Assembly (NCBI GenBank): GCA_043228905.1
Contig: JBHGNT010000002.1
Coordinates: forward strand, 1,488,001 to 1,552,000
Direction: 5' to 3'
Source: Azolla caroliniana
Lineage: Eukaryota; Plantae; Polypodiophyta
Length of the DNA: 64,000 nt
Shown here: piece after piece, positions 1 through 10,475 of the stretch
Layout: each line of letters opens with the position of its first letter
How positions within the stretch are numbered: the first letter of the stretch is position 1
The notes under the pieces: model-generated
Database searches by the model: none
The model's input: the letters and a program-made list of their open reading frames with translations, nothing else
Told to the model about the DNA's origin: nothing
Made by a program: the position numbers and the translations under genes

Positions 1-667
1 GCGGTGCCGGTTCAAGCCCCCTTGCTGTGACAGAGCCCGCTCCGGCCGCCCCGTTGTCAGCCCATTCTCGCCGTTTGTCGAAATGGCCACAGACTCTCTT
101 AACCGCAGCCTAGTCGGTCGTCAGCCCGTCTTCGGTTTCTAACAAGGAGCCGACTTGATCCCGGTCCCGCTCGTCCACCGACTTGACGAACAGTAGGACC
201 CGGCTCGTATCCAGAACGGTTCGGTCAAGCGCCGAAAGGAGCGCAAAGCGTTCCTCAAACTCCTAGAGGAGTGCCGACGCGTTTCTTCCCTTGCCGGGGG
301 ACTCCACCCATTCCATGAAGTCCCGTTTCGAAAGCCGGAGCGCGTCGTCCAGCCCGTATTTTTCTAGGAGTCGGCCTTCGAACTCCTCCCAGGTACGGCT
401 CTCCACCCGTACCTCGAGCACCTCCATATGGATGCTCGGCATCACCACTCGAGGGAACCCGGCAAGACGCCTCTCTTCCGGAATGTCCCGCATCAGCATT
501 TCTGCCCCGTAGGACGCCAAATACTTCATGGCATCCTTTCCGCTGAACCGGCCTATCGTACCAACGACCACCTCAATGGCTCTATCGAGGGCGTCGGTGC
601 CCTCGCGTGCGCTCAATATCCGATCCACGGCCGAAGCCATGGCCTCCGCAAGATCCGACCCCTTCAT
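1..667 (-). pseudogene. gag of Gypsy C with premature stops
   Basis: ATG at 667 (MKGSDLAEAM...GRFSGKDAMKYL...TWEEFEGRLLEKY). TAG at 263-265, then the frame resumes (EFEERFALLSALDR...) with a second TAG near 111. Confidence 0.8.
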
Positions 668-689
668 CTTCTGCTCTTCTGCCGCCTCC

Positions 690-707
690 TTCACGTCGGG
701 TTCACCA
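690..707 (-). promoter_or_regulatory. Primer-binding site complementary to tRNA-Trp 3' end
   Basis: - strand TGGTGAACCCGACGTGAA lies 3 nt inside the LTR end. The + strand reads TTCACGTCGGGTTCACCA, matching the plant cytosolic tRNA-Trp 3' end plus CCA as I recall it. Confidence 0.85.
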
Positions 708-710
708 AGA

Positions 711-1355
711 TGTGCTGATATTCCTCGCGGATGCGTGGAATGAGGCAGGGCCACGGGGGTCTTGTACCGAAGAGCAAGAGACAAAGGAGAAGGAAAGGGG
801 CCCACTACGTGTGGGCGTAGATTCACAGGGGCACAGCCCTTCGACACAAAGACGCGAGTGGGACACCGACGTAGAGAGACACGAATGTATGTATATATAT
901 ATTAACAAGGACAAACAGCAAGAAGCACGAAGTCGGTTACAACCGAACCGGCCGGCGAACAGATGCCGATGCCTGTTCGTAAACGCTCAGAAAGAAAGGA
1001 GTAGGTTGGAGGTGCTGCCGGAAGCACTCGGGCATTCCTCAGAGCAGCGCGAGCCTCCCGAAACCCTGCGCCGAAAGAAGCTACGGAGTATGGAAGAGAG
1101 AGAAGCCTTCGGCCGACAACCCGACAGCACTTCGTCCTCTCTAACCGCGATCCCTTTCCTCTTCCCCGTCTCCCTCCTTTTATAGGCAAGAAAGGAGCCG
1201 TTTCCCATTAACTTCCTACCTACCGAATCTACCTACCTAGGATCTTCTATGTACCTAATTCTCTCTTATGTACAACATAAGACGTACGTGCATGAAGAGC
1301 CGGTTCCTACGCTCCGGTGCACCGATTCCGCTTGTGGACGGTTTTCTTCACGACA
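711..1355 (-). repeat. 5' LTR of Gypsy C (~645 bp, TG...CA)
   Basis: Shares blocks with the Gypsy B 3' LTR (TGTCGTGAAGAAAA, GGTAGGTAGGAAG, TTTCGGGAGGCTCGCGCTGCT, GTGCTTCCGGCAGCACCTCCA) and has a TATAAAA box. Confidence 0.88.
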
Positions 1356-2290
1356 CCGGGTCTTCCCGAAATCAACCGCGTCAAGTCCCAGTTGTCGGAC
1401 GCATTCGAAATGAAGGACCTGGGGGACCTTCATTATTTTCTTGGGATCGAAGTGCTCCGGACCCCCGACGGCATATTGCTCTCACAACGACATTACGTGT
1501 TGAATATGTTGTATAAGTTCGGCATGACGGATTGCCGACCTGTCTCCACACCCCTGGACCGGAACCAGAAGCTTCGTCCCAACTCCGAACCGGCCTGCAA
1601 TGAGAAACGGTTCCGACAGGTTGTCAGAAGCCTGATCTACTTAACCATCACTTGACCTGACATCAGCTATCCGGTTGGCATGGTAAGTCAGTTCATGCAG
1701 AAGCCGACCGTGGAGCACCTTCAGTGCGCGCAACGAATATTACGGTATGTCAGCGGCACTAAGGATCGGGGACTGCTATACCGGCGAGGTATACCCGAAG
1801 AGCTTGTCGGTTACACAGATGCGGACTGGGCCGGCGATGCGTCTAATCGCCGCTCCACTTCCGGATACATGTTCTCCATAGGTAGCGCGGCCGTTGCGTG
1901 GAGCAGCAAGAAGCAGCCCACAGTGGCTTTGTCAAGCATTGAGGCTGAGTACCGGGCCGCTATCGTTGCCACTTGTGAAGCCATCTGGCTTCGGCGACTG
2001 CTGCGAGACTTGCAGATCGAGGCATCGACCCCGATCCCGATTTACTGCGATAACATGAGCAGCCTGCAGCTCGCTAGGAACCCTGTGTTCCATGCTCGCA
2101 CAAAGCACATCGAGGTGCACTACACTTCGTGCATGAGCGGGTCCGGAGCGGTGAAGTTGACCTACGGTATGTTCATACGGATCGGCAAGTTGCCGACATC
2201 TTCACCAAGCCGCTCGGATCGGACAAGTTGCAGCATTTTACCGACATGCTTGGTATTCAGCATCTCGACGTGCCGCACTTGAGGGGGAGA
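1356..2290 (+). pseudogene. Copia RT-RNase H (disrupted pol)
   Basis: TGA at 1653-1655 where the TRPD motif expects Arg, and a frameshift near 2120-2130. Cut off on the left by Gypsy C. Confidence 0.9.
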
Positions 2291-3016
2291 AGCAAGGGCA
2301 AAGTCTCTACCGAAACGGGCAAAGGCCAAAAAACTGTTGAACCCGTCGGTAAGAGGAGAGCCGGAAGAAGAGGAGACAAGAAGATGAAGGAAGCCGAGTC
2401 GACGAAGGAAGTCGACACATCCGAACAAGTCGGAGCAAACAACTGTGAAGAAGAGTTGTGCACTCAGGAAGAGAAGTGCATGTTGGGCGGAGGTCATCAC
2501 GACGGTACTGACCATGATGCGGAGTCGAATGAAGAATTCGATTTCGGTTCACTGGCTGAAGAAGCCGAGGGAAGCATGGCGAAGGCCAAGACTCGGAAGT
2601 GGTCCAATGTGGTGAGAGGCCTGAAGCCGGAAGTTGAATCGGAGTGTACCGATTCGGACAAGAGCTGGAACGAGTCGGAGACAGCTGACTTGGATCAACA
2701 GATGGATCCGGATGAGTCGGATCGACTGAAGGCCAAGGGGACACGGACACAGCGGAAGTCGATGCCATCGTGGGAGAACCGACGGATCGGCAAGCGCCGG
2801 AGTCACAGCAATGTGAGTGCTGAGATGAGCCTATTGAGCAGACATGTCGACCGAGAGGGTCGAGGCGCGTAGAACCAAAGGGGTCGCGGCAAACGAGACC
2901 GAACCGGATGAGGAGCGCGAGCAAGGCGGAGTGACGCCAAGAGAAGTCGGTTGGAAGAACCGACTGCCACAGAGGTCGACACTACGACCCCACCTCAGGT
3001 TGAGCTTGAGGGGGAG

Positions 3017-3344
3017 TGTTGAGCGGCAAGCTCAACCGGAGCCGGATCGGCTAAATAAGCCGGAGCCGGTAAGCGAGACGGATCGGGCGAAACGGATCGG
3101 TATGACGGTGAGCAACCGAACCGGCAAGTAGTGGAGGCCGGGTGCAATCCGTAACCGGAAGTCCAATCGGAAGCCTAGTATAGGATAGACTACTAGGTAG
3201 CTATAGTCTCGTAGTAAGTGTCAGATGCTCGTGTGAGCATTGAAGTACATGGTACTTCTGTCAGTCCCAAGAGGACTTGTATAAATAGTGCTACTTAGCA
3301 TAGTGTGTATACACAGTCTTGATGTAATTTTGAAATTGTGTTCT

Positions 3345-3384
<40 letters not shown>

Positions 3385-3423
3385 GTTCTCTGTTTTACGC
3401 TTCCGCAAACACTTACGTTTACA
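3017..3423 (+). repeat. 3' LTR of Copia A (407 bp)
   Basis: Starts TGTTGAG directly after the PPT, contains TATAAATA and a (CT)n run, and ends TTTACA where Gypsy protease codons resume. Confidence 0.85.
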
Positions 3424-6400
3424 GGAAATAAACCTGATGTCCATGGACTTCTTCAAGAAGGGGAAATGGCCGATCAACACTAAGCATGGGTGGAAGATAC
3501 GGGTGGCGACGCGCGCCACCGAGGAACTACACGGGGCCTGCCCAAACGTGCGAGTCAAGATTGGCGACGTCGAGATAGACCAACACTTCTTTGTGCAGGA
3601 GACGTCCTCGCACCCGGTCATACTGGGAGAACCGTACATAACAGCAGCGCGAATGGAGACCAAGGTGTTGGACAACAGGTCGGCTTACGCGAGGGTCAAG
3701 AGTCAGGACGGGCGTCATTCGGTCCAGTTCCTAACGGTGCGACCGAACCACGAGCGAAACCGCAAGTCCCTCGGTGGCGAGAACCGAGAGGATTTTTAGA
3801 GAGGGCTACCAAGGCGTGGGGCCGCGACAGTCCGGACACTCCGGGAAAACCCCACAAATGTACGATAGAAGCGAAACCGAAGAAACCTTGTACCATAAGT
3901 AGGAAGTTTTGTTTCTCCGACAACGGAGGGTGTACGATAGTCGGCATCGTAGGCCGAGAAAAGACAAGGGCAGAAGAGCGACTTCGGGTGTTCAGAGTTC
4001 TCGGGCCCAGCAAGGAAATCAACGGAGCTGTGGAGGCGGTCTCCTTCGATGATACCTTGGGAATACTGCGAGAGGTGGTCGGAGAGGGCCTTAAAGAGGA
4101 CCGGACGATACCGGTTTGTTCAGAAGAGATGTACGAAGTCATCGCGGACTTCAGTTGAGGGCTCGAGTCGGATCGGACGGCCCGGGTTAACACGAAGTAC
4201 AAGACTGTGGACCGGAAGGTAAGGCTAGTCGCGGCACCCTTACCGGAGGGCAGCGAGTTGCGAATCGAGGGGGGCACGTCGGACCCCAGTTTACGAGATC
4301 CGGCCTGCATAGGGCACGCCTTCACCGACAAAACGCTACGGGAGCTCAAAATAGGTGGGGGCGGGTTCCTATTGCCGGCGGAAGAAGACCGGTTTCGGAG
4401 AATGCTCGAAAGGCACAGGAAAGCCTTCGCATTCTTGCCGGAAGAGATCGGGTGCGTAGACCCGACAGTCGTGAAGCCGATGGTGATATTCACGGTACCG
4501 CATGTGCCGTGGAATCTCAAGCCAATTTCGGTACCGAGAGCTCACATCCCGGAGCTGATGGAGCTATTGAGGCAAAAAGTCGATATGGGCATCCTCGAAC
4601 CGTCGAGTGCCCCGTACTCGAACTAGTGGTTTACCGTACCGAAGAAGAACGGGACGTTGCGCTTCATTCAAGACCTGCAACTGGTCAACAGAGTGACCAT
4701 TCGGAACGCAGGAATCGGACCAACGATAGACGAGTTCGCGGAGGCCTTCGCCAGAAGGTCGATCTACTCGGTTGGGGATCTGTACTCGGGGTACGATCAG
4801 TTCCAACTAGCCGTAGAGAGCAGAGACATTACGACGATGCGGACTCCTCTCGGCCTAGTGCGGATGTGTACCCTGCCACAAGGAGGGACGAACTCCGTGG
4901 CCCACATGGTGAATGCGATGAACAAGGTGCTGAGGGACTGTATCCCGCACATCACCATGCCATTCTTGGACGACATCCCGATCAAGGGGTGTCCTGTGGA
5001 AGAAAAGGACGAAACGATCGGACCGGACGGATGCCGGAAATTCGTGGCGACACACATTGACGGCTACGAGAGGGTGCTGCAGAGGCTAGAGGACGCGAGG
5101 TTCACCTTCTCCGGGGAGAAATCGGCCTTCGGGCAATCAGAGATCATGGTCGTCGGACATCTATGCGGACCGTATGGCCGGAAACCGTCTCCGGCTAAGG
5201 TGGAAGCCATCTCCGCAATGAAGCCCGATTGTAACTCGGTCACGGAGGTACGGAGGTTCTTGGGAGCATGCGCGTTCTACCACATATGGATCCGCATTAC
5301 GCCCACGTTGCCGAGCCGCTATGCGGGTTGCTGAAAAAGGGGCAAAATTTCGAGTGGCGAGACGAGCATACGGAGTCGGTTCGAAAGATGAAGGAGGCTC
5401 TTGCTGCAGCTCCGGCACTCCGGAAGGCTGTCTACGAGAAAGGCACTCCCATCTACATAACGGTAGATACGAGTCCAACCGGGATCGGATGGGTCGTCAA
5501 CCAAGAAGATGAGGACGGCATTCGGTTCCCAATCCGGTTCGGCGCGAAGGTCCTCAGCGAGCGACAGCGAGGATACGCCCAGGTTAAACGCGAACTCTGG
5601 GGTATCGTTTCGGCGGTAAAAGCCGATAAAGACTATTTGATCGGGACAGAGGTGATTATCGAGACGGACTGCCTGCCGATTCTCGGTATGGTTTCCGGAT
5701 GCGCAACCCCGGACCTGGCAATGCTCAGGTGGATAGCGTACATCAAGTCCCTGGATCCGGAAATACGACACATTTCCGTGAAAGACAATGCCATGGCCGA
5801 CATGCTTTCGAGGGCGCGATTCGACGACGAGGGCGGCATGGTTTCGGAGGACGAGGAAGTCGGCGTGGACTTCTTCGAGGCGGCTTACGTAACAACCGAA
5901 AGGGGGAGCACTCCGGCGCTTAACGATTTTAACGAAAGCAAGTACGATGGGGAGTGGCTGCAGATTGGAGGATTCTTAAGGACGATGACGCCGGACGCGT
6001 CATGGACAAAGGACAAGGCCAACCGGATCCGGAAGAAAGCGTACCGATTCTTTCTCCTGGAAGGATACTTATGGAAACACCCGAAGAAGAGAAACGGCAT
6101 CCCGCTCCGAGTAGTGGCGATGAAGGAGGAACAAGGGGAGTTGTTGAAGGCCTACCACGACAGCCCCTGGGCTGGACACCGTGGGACGTGGGCCACGTTC
6201 GAGAAACTAAAGGGGAAGTACTGGTGGCCGGGACTGTACTGGGACGTGCATCGGTTCGTGACAACTTGTGAGAGCTGTCAAATGCACTCCATAGTCCGAC
6301 ATCGGGACGAGCTTCACCCTACATACCCTCCGGCCATCCACTTCAAATGGATGGTAGATTTGGTGACAATGCCGATGGGCGTAGGGCAGATGCGATATCT

Positions 6401-7376
6401 GGTGCTGGCCCGGGAGGACCTGACGAACCAGGTAGAAGGCTGAGCCCTGCAGAACAAAACGACTGCGGCCGTGTGTCAGTTCCTGATCGAGGACGTGATA
6501 TGCCGGTACAAGTGCGTCGGGAAGATCGTGGCTGACCGCGAGGAGTTGGACGCCGAAGAGGCTGAGGAGCTGTTCGGCCGGTTAGGGATCAAGCTCTCGC
6601 TCACCACAACGTACAATCCGGAGGCGAACGGGAAGGTGGAGCGCGGGCACGGGCCGATCGTCAAAGCGCTAGTCCGGGCGTGCGAAGGACAGGTCAGGAA
6701 CTGGCCACGATTGTTACCCTGTGCCTTGTGGGCGGACCGGACAACGCACAGTTCGGTAACCGGGTTCATGCCGTCAGAGCTCATGTTCGGACAGAAGCCG
6801 ATCATGCCAATGGAACGGACGATCTCCTCTTGGGCGACAGTAGACTGGAGAGACGAGATGAGTCGGGAAGAACTGCTAGCGGCGCGTATACGGCAGCTCG
6901 AGCGGAGGCCAGAGGACGTGGAACGAGCGGCGGAGAGACTTCGGACGGTGAGGATGAAGAACAAAGCCCGGTTCGACCAAACGCACCGGCTCCAACCGAA
7001 GAAAATCGAGGAAGGCGACTAAGCGCTAGTCTACGACAGCAGCCTCGACAACCAGCACCGAGCAACACAGAAGTTTGCGAAGCGGTGGTTCGGGCCTTAC
7101 GTGGTAACGAGCGCCAACGACAACGGGACGTATCACCTGGTGGAACTCGACGGTACGAGGATGGCGATACCGGTAGCAGGGAAGTGGATCAAAGCGTTCA
7201 AGAAGCGCCACAACGGCGAACCGGATCTAAGAGGCCTGGACAACGACGACGAACAGTCCGAAACGGAGGACGAACCGATGGGCGAAGAACCGGAACCCAG
7301 ACCGGTTTTCTCCAACCAGAACCCAATTTTGGCGCATACCGGTGGATGCGCGGTTAGGTGGGGGCGGATGTCGTGA
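3424..7376 (+). pseudogene. Gypsy B protease-pol, disrupted
   Basis: PR frame ends TAG at 3797-3799. The pol frame has stops at 4156, 4624, 6441 and 7020 and a frameshift near 5290. Confidence 0.88.
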
Positions 7377-8015
7377 AGAAAATCGTCCCTTAGTGCAATC
7401 GGTGCATAGCGCACGTGAACCGGCTCTTCACGTGTGCGCACCCTTAATGTATATAATAGGGAATTAAGTACATAGGTATAACTTGGGTAGTTAGATTTGG
7501 TAGGTAGGAAGTAAATGAGGGAGACGGCTCCCTTCTTGACGATATAAAGGAGAGGGAGACGCAAGGAGAAGGTATCGCGTATTGAGGAGGACGAAGTGTT
7601 GTCGGACTGTAACCGAACGCTTCTCCTCTGTTCATTCTCCATCGCTCTTCTCTGCAGGATTTCGGGAGGCTCGCGCTGCTTCGAGGAACGCCCGTGTGCT
7701 TCCGGCAGCACCTCCACCCTATCCCCCTTTCGTGCGCAGACGAGTAGGCATCGGTATCTGTTCGCCGGCATGTTCGGTTGTAACCGCTCGCGTGTTCTGT
7801 TGTTTTGTGTCATTTGATAATATACAAACATTCGTGTCTCTCTGTCTCTGTGTCCATTCGTGTTTTCTGCGTTGACAGGCCGTGTCCCTGTGTTTCTTGC
7901 TCATACGTTACCGGTCGTCTCTCTCTTTCTCTTTCCCTTCCTATCACCTGCTCTTCGGTCCAAGACCCCGGTGGTCCCGCCTCGTTTCTCCACGCACGCA
8001 CGTAGTAACGCGACA
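7369..8015 (+). repeat. 3' LTR of Gypsy B (647 bp)
   Basis: PPT AGGTGGGGGCGGA at 7356-7368, then TGTCGTG...CGCGACA inverted termini. Copia integrase sequence resumes at 8016. Confidence 0.9.
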
Positions 8016-9688
8016 ACGTAATATCGGCATCCGCCGAATGTAGCCGTTTGCACCGGTCCCCATACGTCAGAATGGACTACGTCGAGTAGACCTTTGCTCA
8101 CGTTCTGCTCTTTCAGGAATGGGTGTTGGTGTTGCTTGCCGAATTGGCACGCTTCGCATACACCTTCAATCTCCTTCTCTTTGAATGTTGGGAGTCCGAT
8201 GACGACTCCTTTCGATTTCATTGCTTTGAGTTTGTTGAGATTGATGTGACCGATTCGCTTGTGCCATAGCTCTATGCCGGAGTCGGCTTTAGTGCTTTTT
8301 GTGAACATGGCGGATTTCATCTCATGTGAATCGAGAATGAACATCCGGCCCTCTCTTCTTCCGCGCGCGATGATTCGGCCCTCTTTTTTGATGAAGCACC
8401 CTGCTTGGTCGAATCGTACTTGCATCCCTTGCTCAACCATTTGGCCGACCGAGACCAAATTCTTCGTGATGGTGGGAACATGCAAGACATTTTTAATGTA
8501 TGTTTGCTTACCTCTTTCGCCAAATGGAACATTGCCAATGTGCCGAATCGGGTGCGTAGTGTCATCTCCGGTTTCAACATAAATGGGTCGCTCCGACTCT
8601 CGAAGTTCGAGAAACCATTCTTTATGAGATGTCATATGGTTTGAGGCTCCGGAGTCAACAAACCATACGTCCTCCAGTTTGAGGGCACTAGTTGAGGTAG
8701 AGGCTGACATAGAGTTTGCTCTATGTTTCATCATGAACATTCCGCCACGGTCGGAGTTGTGCCCATACATTCCGCTATACTCTTCGTAGTCGGAATTGTG
8801 CGCGTAATTCGGGAGTTGTCGGCTTGTGGACGCCGATTCGCGCATCTTCTTTCGGCACTCTTCTTCGTGGTGGCCGAGCTTTCCGCAATATCCGCATTCG
8901 GTTGCGTTTTGACGGCTTGGGCCGGAGTGGAAGCTCCCCCTTCTTGCGAAGGTTCCTCGTTGGCTTCCGTTTTGCGGCCGAAATTGGGAGTTGTTGTCGT
9001 AGGTCGAACCTCGTCCGCCTTGTCCTTGGCCGAATCGGCCTCTCTCTCGTCTGCATCCTCTTCCTCCGTTCAAGTGTGTGTAGAGCATGTGGCCTTCTGA
9101 CTCATTGCTCCTTGTACGCACGTGGTTTTCTTCAACCAATAGCATTGATTGGAGCTCGAAGAAGGAGGGAGATTTCTCCCTTGCTAGAACGGTGGTTTGC
9201 ATCGCGCCGAACCGTGGTGCGAGGCCGCCGAGGCATATTTGCACCATCTCATCATCATCGATATTTACGCTTATCAAGCCAAGCGAGTCGCAAAGCTCCT
9301 TGATCTTCAAGGTGTATGTCGTGATGGACATGTCCCTTTGTTTAATGTTGTTCAACTCTTGGCAGAGTTGAAGTCTTCTTGCGGTTGTGTTCACCGCGAA
9401 AATCTTTCGTAGATTTTCCCATGCCTCCTTCGGTGTCTTGGCTTCGCAAATGTAGCCGAGCATGTGATCGTGAACACATGTCGCCAAGCAATACATCACA
9501 CGGCTTGCGGCTTGCTCCCATGTCGCATATCCGGGAGCCGTTTCGACGGGTCGGTCTTCATGCGCTCCTTTGATGTAGCTCCAATAGCCTTGTCGGACAA
9601 GGTATTGGTGCATCTTGTACTCCCAAGATGTGAAGTTGTTTCGATCCAACTTCTCGGTAGGGAGAGCGCTCCCCATTTGAGTATTCAT
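8016..9688 (-). CDS. Copia gag-pol N-terminal half, interrupted in integrase
   Basis: Open frame of about 557 codons from ATG 9688 to the insertion point. The ORF-track tail into 7901 is read-through into the Gypsy LTR. Confidence 0.88.
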
Positions 9689-9697
9689 TATGTCGAT

Positions 9698-9753
9698 TCT
9701 TCTTCTTCTTCTTCTTCTTCTTCTTCTTCTTCTTCTTCTTCTTCTTCTTCTTC
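9698..9753. repeat. (TTC/GAA)n microsatellite in the Copia D leader
   Basis: About 18 perfect TTC units just upstream of the gag ATG. Confidence 0.95.
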
Positions 9754-9856
9754 GAATGCGAGCTATGTAGCGAAGCTACGATAGCTATGAGCTGGTTCTT
9801 GGTCGTCGGCGTAGGACACAACGCATGCGGATGGGCTAGATCGAGCTACCAAGTCA

Positions 9857-9867
9857 CTTTGATACCA
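9857..9867 (-). promoter_or_regulatory. PBS, tRNA-iMet type
   Basis: TGGTATCAAAG directly after the LTR end; one mismatch to canonical TGGTATCAGAG. Confidence 0.85.
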
Positions 9868-10250
9868 TGTAAAGAATCAAGAGATGGATTCTGTGCAACG
9901 GAATAGATATGAATTGTGTGTGTGTGTGTATGAGAGAGAGAGAGACAATGAGTAAGACACAGAGAATACGCAAGGTAAAGTATATTAACAAAGGAGAAAG
10001 ACTCAACGTTATACAAGGTGGGAAGAGGGTGCTTTATATAGACACCCTCTCTCTTCATTAACTACAAGACTCACGGAGCATGGGGAATGTGAAAGCTCAT
10101 AAGTTATGTGTCATAGAATATGATTCTATGACTCATACTAAATGCTATAATACAAAGTGGTGACATAATGGTGACTCTTGACCGTTGGAGTGTCTATTCA
10201 CTCTCAAGGTGAGTTCACACACTAGACCAAGTTGAGCTTGATTCTCAACA
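9868..10250 (-). repeat. 5' LTR of Copia D (383 bp)
   Basis: - strand TGTTGAGAATCAAGCTCAAC...TATATAAAG...CTTTACA; termini resemble the Copia A LTR. Confidence 0.85.
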
Positions 10251-10475
10251 GTCTCTACGGAAAGCTAGGTGTGTGAGGATGTTTCAAGGTCAAATAGTGC
10301 CAATTGAAGGAACCATCACTTCTACTTGGTTAGAATTGGTGAGTTCTTTAAAAGCTAAATACGATAGTACTCCTATACATACTAGAGACTATTATTACAA
10401 ATAGACTTTTTGGATGGAAGATTGTAGTATTACCAGACAGTTCTCTCCCTATTGGTTGTTTTCTACTACTTCGGA
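10251..10475 (+). mobile_element. LINE (L1-type) ORF2 C-terminal remnant, the target of Copia D
   Basis: Frame from 10252 reads SLRKARCVRMFQGQIVPIEGTITSTWLELVSSLKAKYD...FSPYWLF. This aligns by eye with NIWTARCTRVF...IWHMLITTLRAQYE...VPRWLF of the LINE at 46255-47412. Confidence 0.65.

Larger units (their letters stand above)
1..1355 (-). mobile_element. Ty3/Gypsy LTR retrotransposon C, 5' part (5' LTR, PBS, gag); continues beyond window start
   Basis: On the - strand the LTR starts TGTCGTGAAGAAAA at 1355 and ends ...CAGCACA at 711. It is homologous to the LTR at 7369-8015. A PBS and a gag-like ORF follow. Confidence 0.9.
1356..3423 (+). mobile_element. Ty1/Copia LTR retrotransposon A, 3' part (RT C-terminus, RNase H, extra 3' region, PPT, 3' LTR)
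   Basis: Copia motifs FEMKDLGDLHYFLGIEV, GYTDADWAG, WSSKKQPTVALSS, YCDNMSS, HARTKHIEVHY, ADIFTKPL. PPT GAGGGGGAG at 3008-3016, LTR TGTTGAG...TTTACA. Confidence 0.93.
3424..8015 (+). mobile_element. Ty3/Gypsy LTR retrotransposon B, 3' part (PR, RT, RNase H, integrase, PPT, 3' LTR); no chromodomain seen
   Basis: Domain order PR (EINLMS...VILGEPY), RT (RFIQDL, DLYSGYDQF, LPQGGTNS, FLDDIP), RH (VDTSPTGIGW, ETDCLP, NAMADMLSR), INT (HDSPWAGH...CESC, NPEANGKVERG, WFGPY). Confidence 0.93.
8016..10250 (-). mobile_element. Ty1/Copia LTR retrotransposon D, 5' part (5' LTR, PBS, gag, PR, start of integrase)
   Basis: LTR at 9868-10250, PBS TGGTATCAAAG. ORF has the zinc knuckle CGYCGKLGHHEEEC, PR WFVDSGASNHMT, WHKRIGH...CEAC and VHSDVWGP, and is cut at FGGCRYYV by Gypsy B. 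Confidence 0.93.

Noticed and set aside
690-707. tRNA-Trp gene
   Set aside because: Only the 3' 18 nt including CCA are present, next to an LTR; this is a PBS.
711-8015. The LTRs at 711-1355 and 7369-8015 as the two ends of one element
   Set aside because: They are in opposite orientation, clearly diverged and have different 3' ends, so they belong to two separate related elements.
291-9821. Many overlapping and antisense ORFs over the retroelements (e.g. 3696-4520 -, 6680-7357 +, 7133-7831 -)
   Set aside because: Shadow frames expected in GC-rich TE sequence; no recognisable motifs.
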